This document shows positions 61,611 to 64,000 of a stretch of DNA of 64,000 bases, one piece after another (the stretch's first letter is position 1; each line of letters starts with the position of its first letter). The translations under genes and the position numbers were made by a program. The stretch is from Chara braunii (taxonomy: Eukaryota; Plantae; Charophyceae): positions 825,293 through 889,292 of the forward strand of contig BFEA01000039.1 in NCBI GenBank assembly GCA_003427395.1, written 5' to 3'. The notes under the pieces are model-generated. The model had not been told where the DNA came from and ran no database searches. It saw only the letters and a list, made by a program, of their open reading frames with translations.

Positions 61611-64000
61611 GCCCCACAAATGTGGCAGTGTTGCTGGTGCTCTTAGTCATTCGAGTGTTGGCTAGATGTTGCACCGCATTGTAGAGGTGTTGATGCTGGA
61701 GAGAGAGAGAAAGGTCTGCAAGTAGAGGAGAGATACTGCTACGTAGAGGGAGCAGGCCAAGGCAGCCATAGCTGAGGACTGGGAGTTTTTACCCCACCTC
61801 TCTAGTAGTGTTGTTGCGCTGGGCCCACGCCAGGGACCTGCTGTGTGGCGATCAACACCCATTCCAGTGGGGTTATGTTGCCAATTTGTCGGCGCACCAA
61901 CAATATTTTAGAGGGGAGGCGTTGCTGAAATTGTGTGCCAGAGTGAATTGTTGTGAGATTGAGCGATGGTGCTACCGAGATTGTGAGGCGGAGTGAGTTT
62001 TTTTTTTGACCAAGCAGCGGTGCTATAAAACGACGAAGTGTCGGATTTGGCGGTATGGCGGCAGCAAAACAGTCGTCGAGGTGGTGACTTTTGCGGTATT
62101 CACACCAAGAGGTCACCCTTAATTTGTTTTTGGGACGTGTGGTGAAACTATTCTGCGTTTGGGGCCATTCGGTGCGGCGGACGTTAGTAAGGAACTGCCT
62201 GAGACCATTTTCGAGACCGATTTGAGGTTGGACCACGAGCGGTTGGTGTAGCTATTGCAAGCAGATGCGGTAATTGGAGGAGATTTAGGTTTGTGCTTTG
62301 GTTTGGGATTGTCCTCGGAATACGTGGTGCAATTGGGACTGCGTTGGGACAATTTAGGATATTGGGACCACGTTGGGTCTCCGCAGAGCTTTGTTCATGA
62401 CGTTGGAACCACGTGGTGCTCATAGGTGAGGACACCATTCTAGAGGGTTATCTCACTCAGGCGTTGATGATGGACCACCTTTTGCTCATTCGAGCACTTG
62501 GGAAAGACGCAAACCGTTTTTTTTCAGTAGAAAAACTGCAATTTATGAAATTGTGCAGTAACTATCTTTTTGATTAAAATATTACTCCATTTTTTTGAGT
62601 GAGCCGGATAAAAACTTCACTCAAGGTCAGTTTTGACTCAGTTCCCTTTCACACCCGCATGAATCCACACTTTGCTTAATCCTGGTTTGAATGTTCAAAG
62701 AAACGGTAAAGTGGGATGTGTGGGCTGATTTGGATGAGATGTGAATGAATTTCATTTATGTTTGTTTGTTTGCTGTGCGGGTAGGTAGAGGAATGCATGT
62801 GAAAGGAAAATTTGGTAGTGTCTACTTGGAAATGATGAAACAGATTATCCTCACTGACCCCTTTTCTGTCTTCATGTCAAAATTTTTTTTTTTTGAAATA
62901 GAAAAGTTAAATGGATATCGAGAAAATAAACTTTTGAATAAAGCAGAGGAAAGCCAAATGAATTTAGTATTTTCCCAAGGGACTTTCCATTCTATCCCAA
63001 ATGACTCGCTCGTCTTTGAGTGTCCAAAAACGTCTCCACCCTAAAATTTTATTTTATTTTATTTATTTTCGTTAAGTCAACTTTCTGTTAGACGAGTAAG
63101 GGGCAAATGATCTCACTCATGGTTTTGGGGACTCCTTTTTGTGGAGCATCTGGGGCAGGGGTTCGTTACTTCAGGAGTCAACCTTATTACTGACAAAAAA
63201 TGAACTGTACTACGGTGGGATATCCTGCTGAATTTGCGGTGGAGCCAATCCGACTTATGAGATCCGAGTTGTGTGCTCGAGCAAGGAGAAGGGACATCAC
63301 AGACCACTTCTTAGGGGATAGGGTTTTTTCACGACTAAGGATGAACATTGTTTTCTCATACTAACTCCCGAATAAAAAGGGGGTTGAACTAGTACCCTTT
63401 TCGGGTGATCGTCTTAGGAGTCATCTATATATGGGGAATCGGTGCCAAAAGAAACCCAATTCGTTTATTTACTAGTGTCCGATAGGATGCAAATAGGCAC
63501 TACCCTCGTGGAGGGGTCAAACCATAAGAAGCAATGCCCCCAAGGAAAAGGGAAACTAGTGAAACTTGACAGTACATGAATCTACTAACTTGGGTAAAGC
63601 TCAACGATGATTAGTCAGCACGGTCGTTGACCCATACGATTAGTACTATGTCAGATTTAAAACTTAACATAGGGTTATTTTGGACTCGGATTATTTTTCA
63701 AATGTCTGCGACACTTGCAGTTATTGTTTTTTTTCCTAGTAAGGAGGCCGCAACAAGTTATGTAGTGAAGACCAAGAGGCGCAAAATAGGATTGGATCGA
63801 GTCAGACGTATGATTTTCGATCCGGATGAAGTATTTTCGCAAGGGACAAAGTTAAGGAGAGACTATGGTTCGCCAAGAAATCCGTCGAGGACCTACCTCT
63901 TACTAACCTCAACATTGGCGCAGGTCTTTGAGGTTAGTTTTAGTCGGGTTTAACGACCGGGGTGATATGATCTTCATACCATTTATGATTTTGAGGACGA

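Noticed and set aside
62601-62636. Group II intron domain V-like GAGCCGGAT...GTCAGTTTTG
   Set aside because: The stem does not pair as domain V and there is no domain VI or organellar context.
61660-64000. Possible decayed retroelement coding sequence
   Set aside because: No motif I could assign in any frame, so left unannotated.

Overview
Eukaryotic, repeat-dense window with spliceosomal-type introns, GA/TC microsatellites and five N gaps. A plant-type U6 fragment and a permuted Penelope element suggest a green-lineage genome such as a charophyte alga (inference only). No intact host gene is evident; the window is mostly nested, decaying transposons. (1) 1-5.8 kb: tandem Penelope-like retroelement with the GIY-YIG endonuclease N-terminal to RT (Naiad/Chlamys-type layout). 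(2) About 15-30 kb: Helitron2/Helentron-like element (STPR repeats, DUF6570-like region, HUH Rep, PIF1 helicase, two Ulp1 SUMO proteases) next to orphan ORFs. (3) 30-41 kb: local duplications and a Harbinger-type MITE. (4) 41.6-42.75 kb: two candidate structured RNAs, one a U6-derived unit with a Pol III-like promoter layout. (5) About 43-60.7 kb: a large Sola-like DDD-transposase element. Divergent from its transposase it carries a giant gene (ParB-like domain, degenerate beta-class DNA-methyltransferase-like domain, Ulp1) and an intact orphan ORF (ORF-X). Three CpG-rich arrays built on one 15-bp palindrome, TCGWGT-N3-ACWCGA, lie one upstream of each gene. ORF-X has a clear full-length homolog beside the Helitron. 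The best candidate for an undescribed system is this transposon-borne ParB/MTase-like + Ulp1 + ORF-X + palindrome-array module, possibly an anti-silencing system analogous to VANDAL/VANC. All domain calls are by-eye motif recognition, not database searches.
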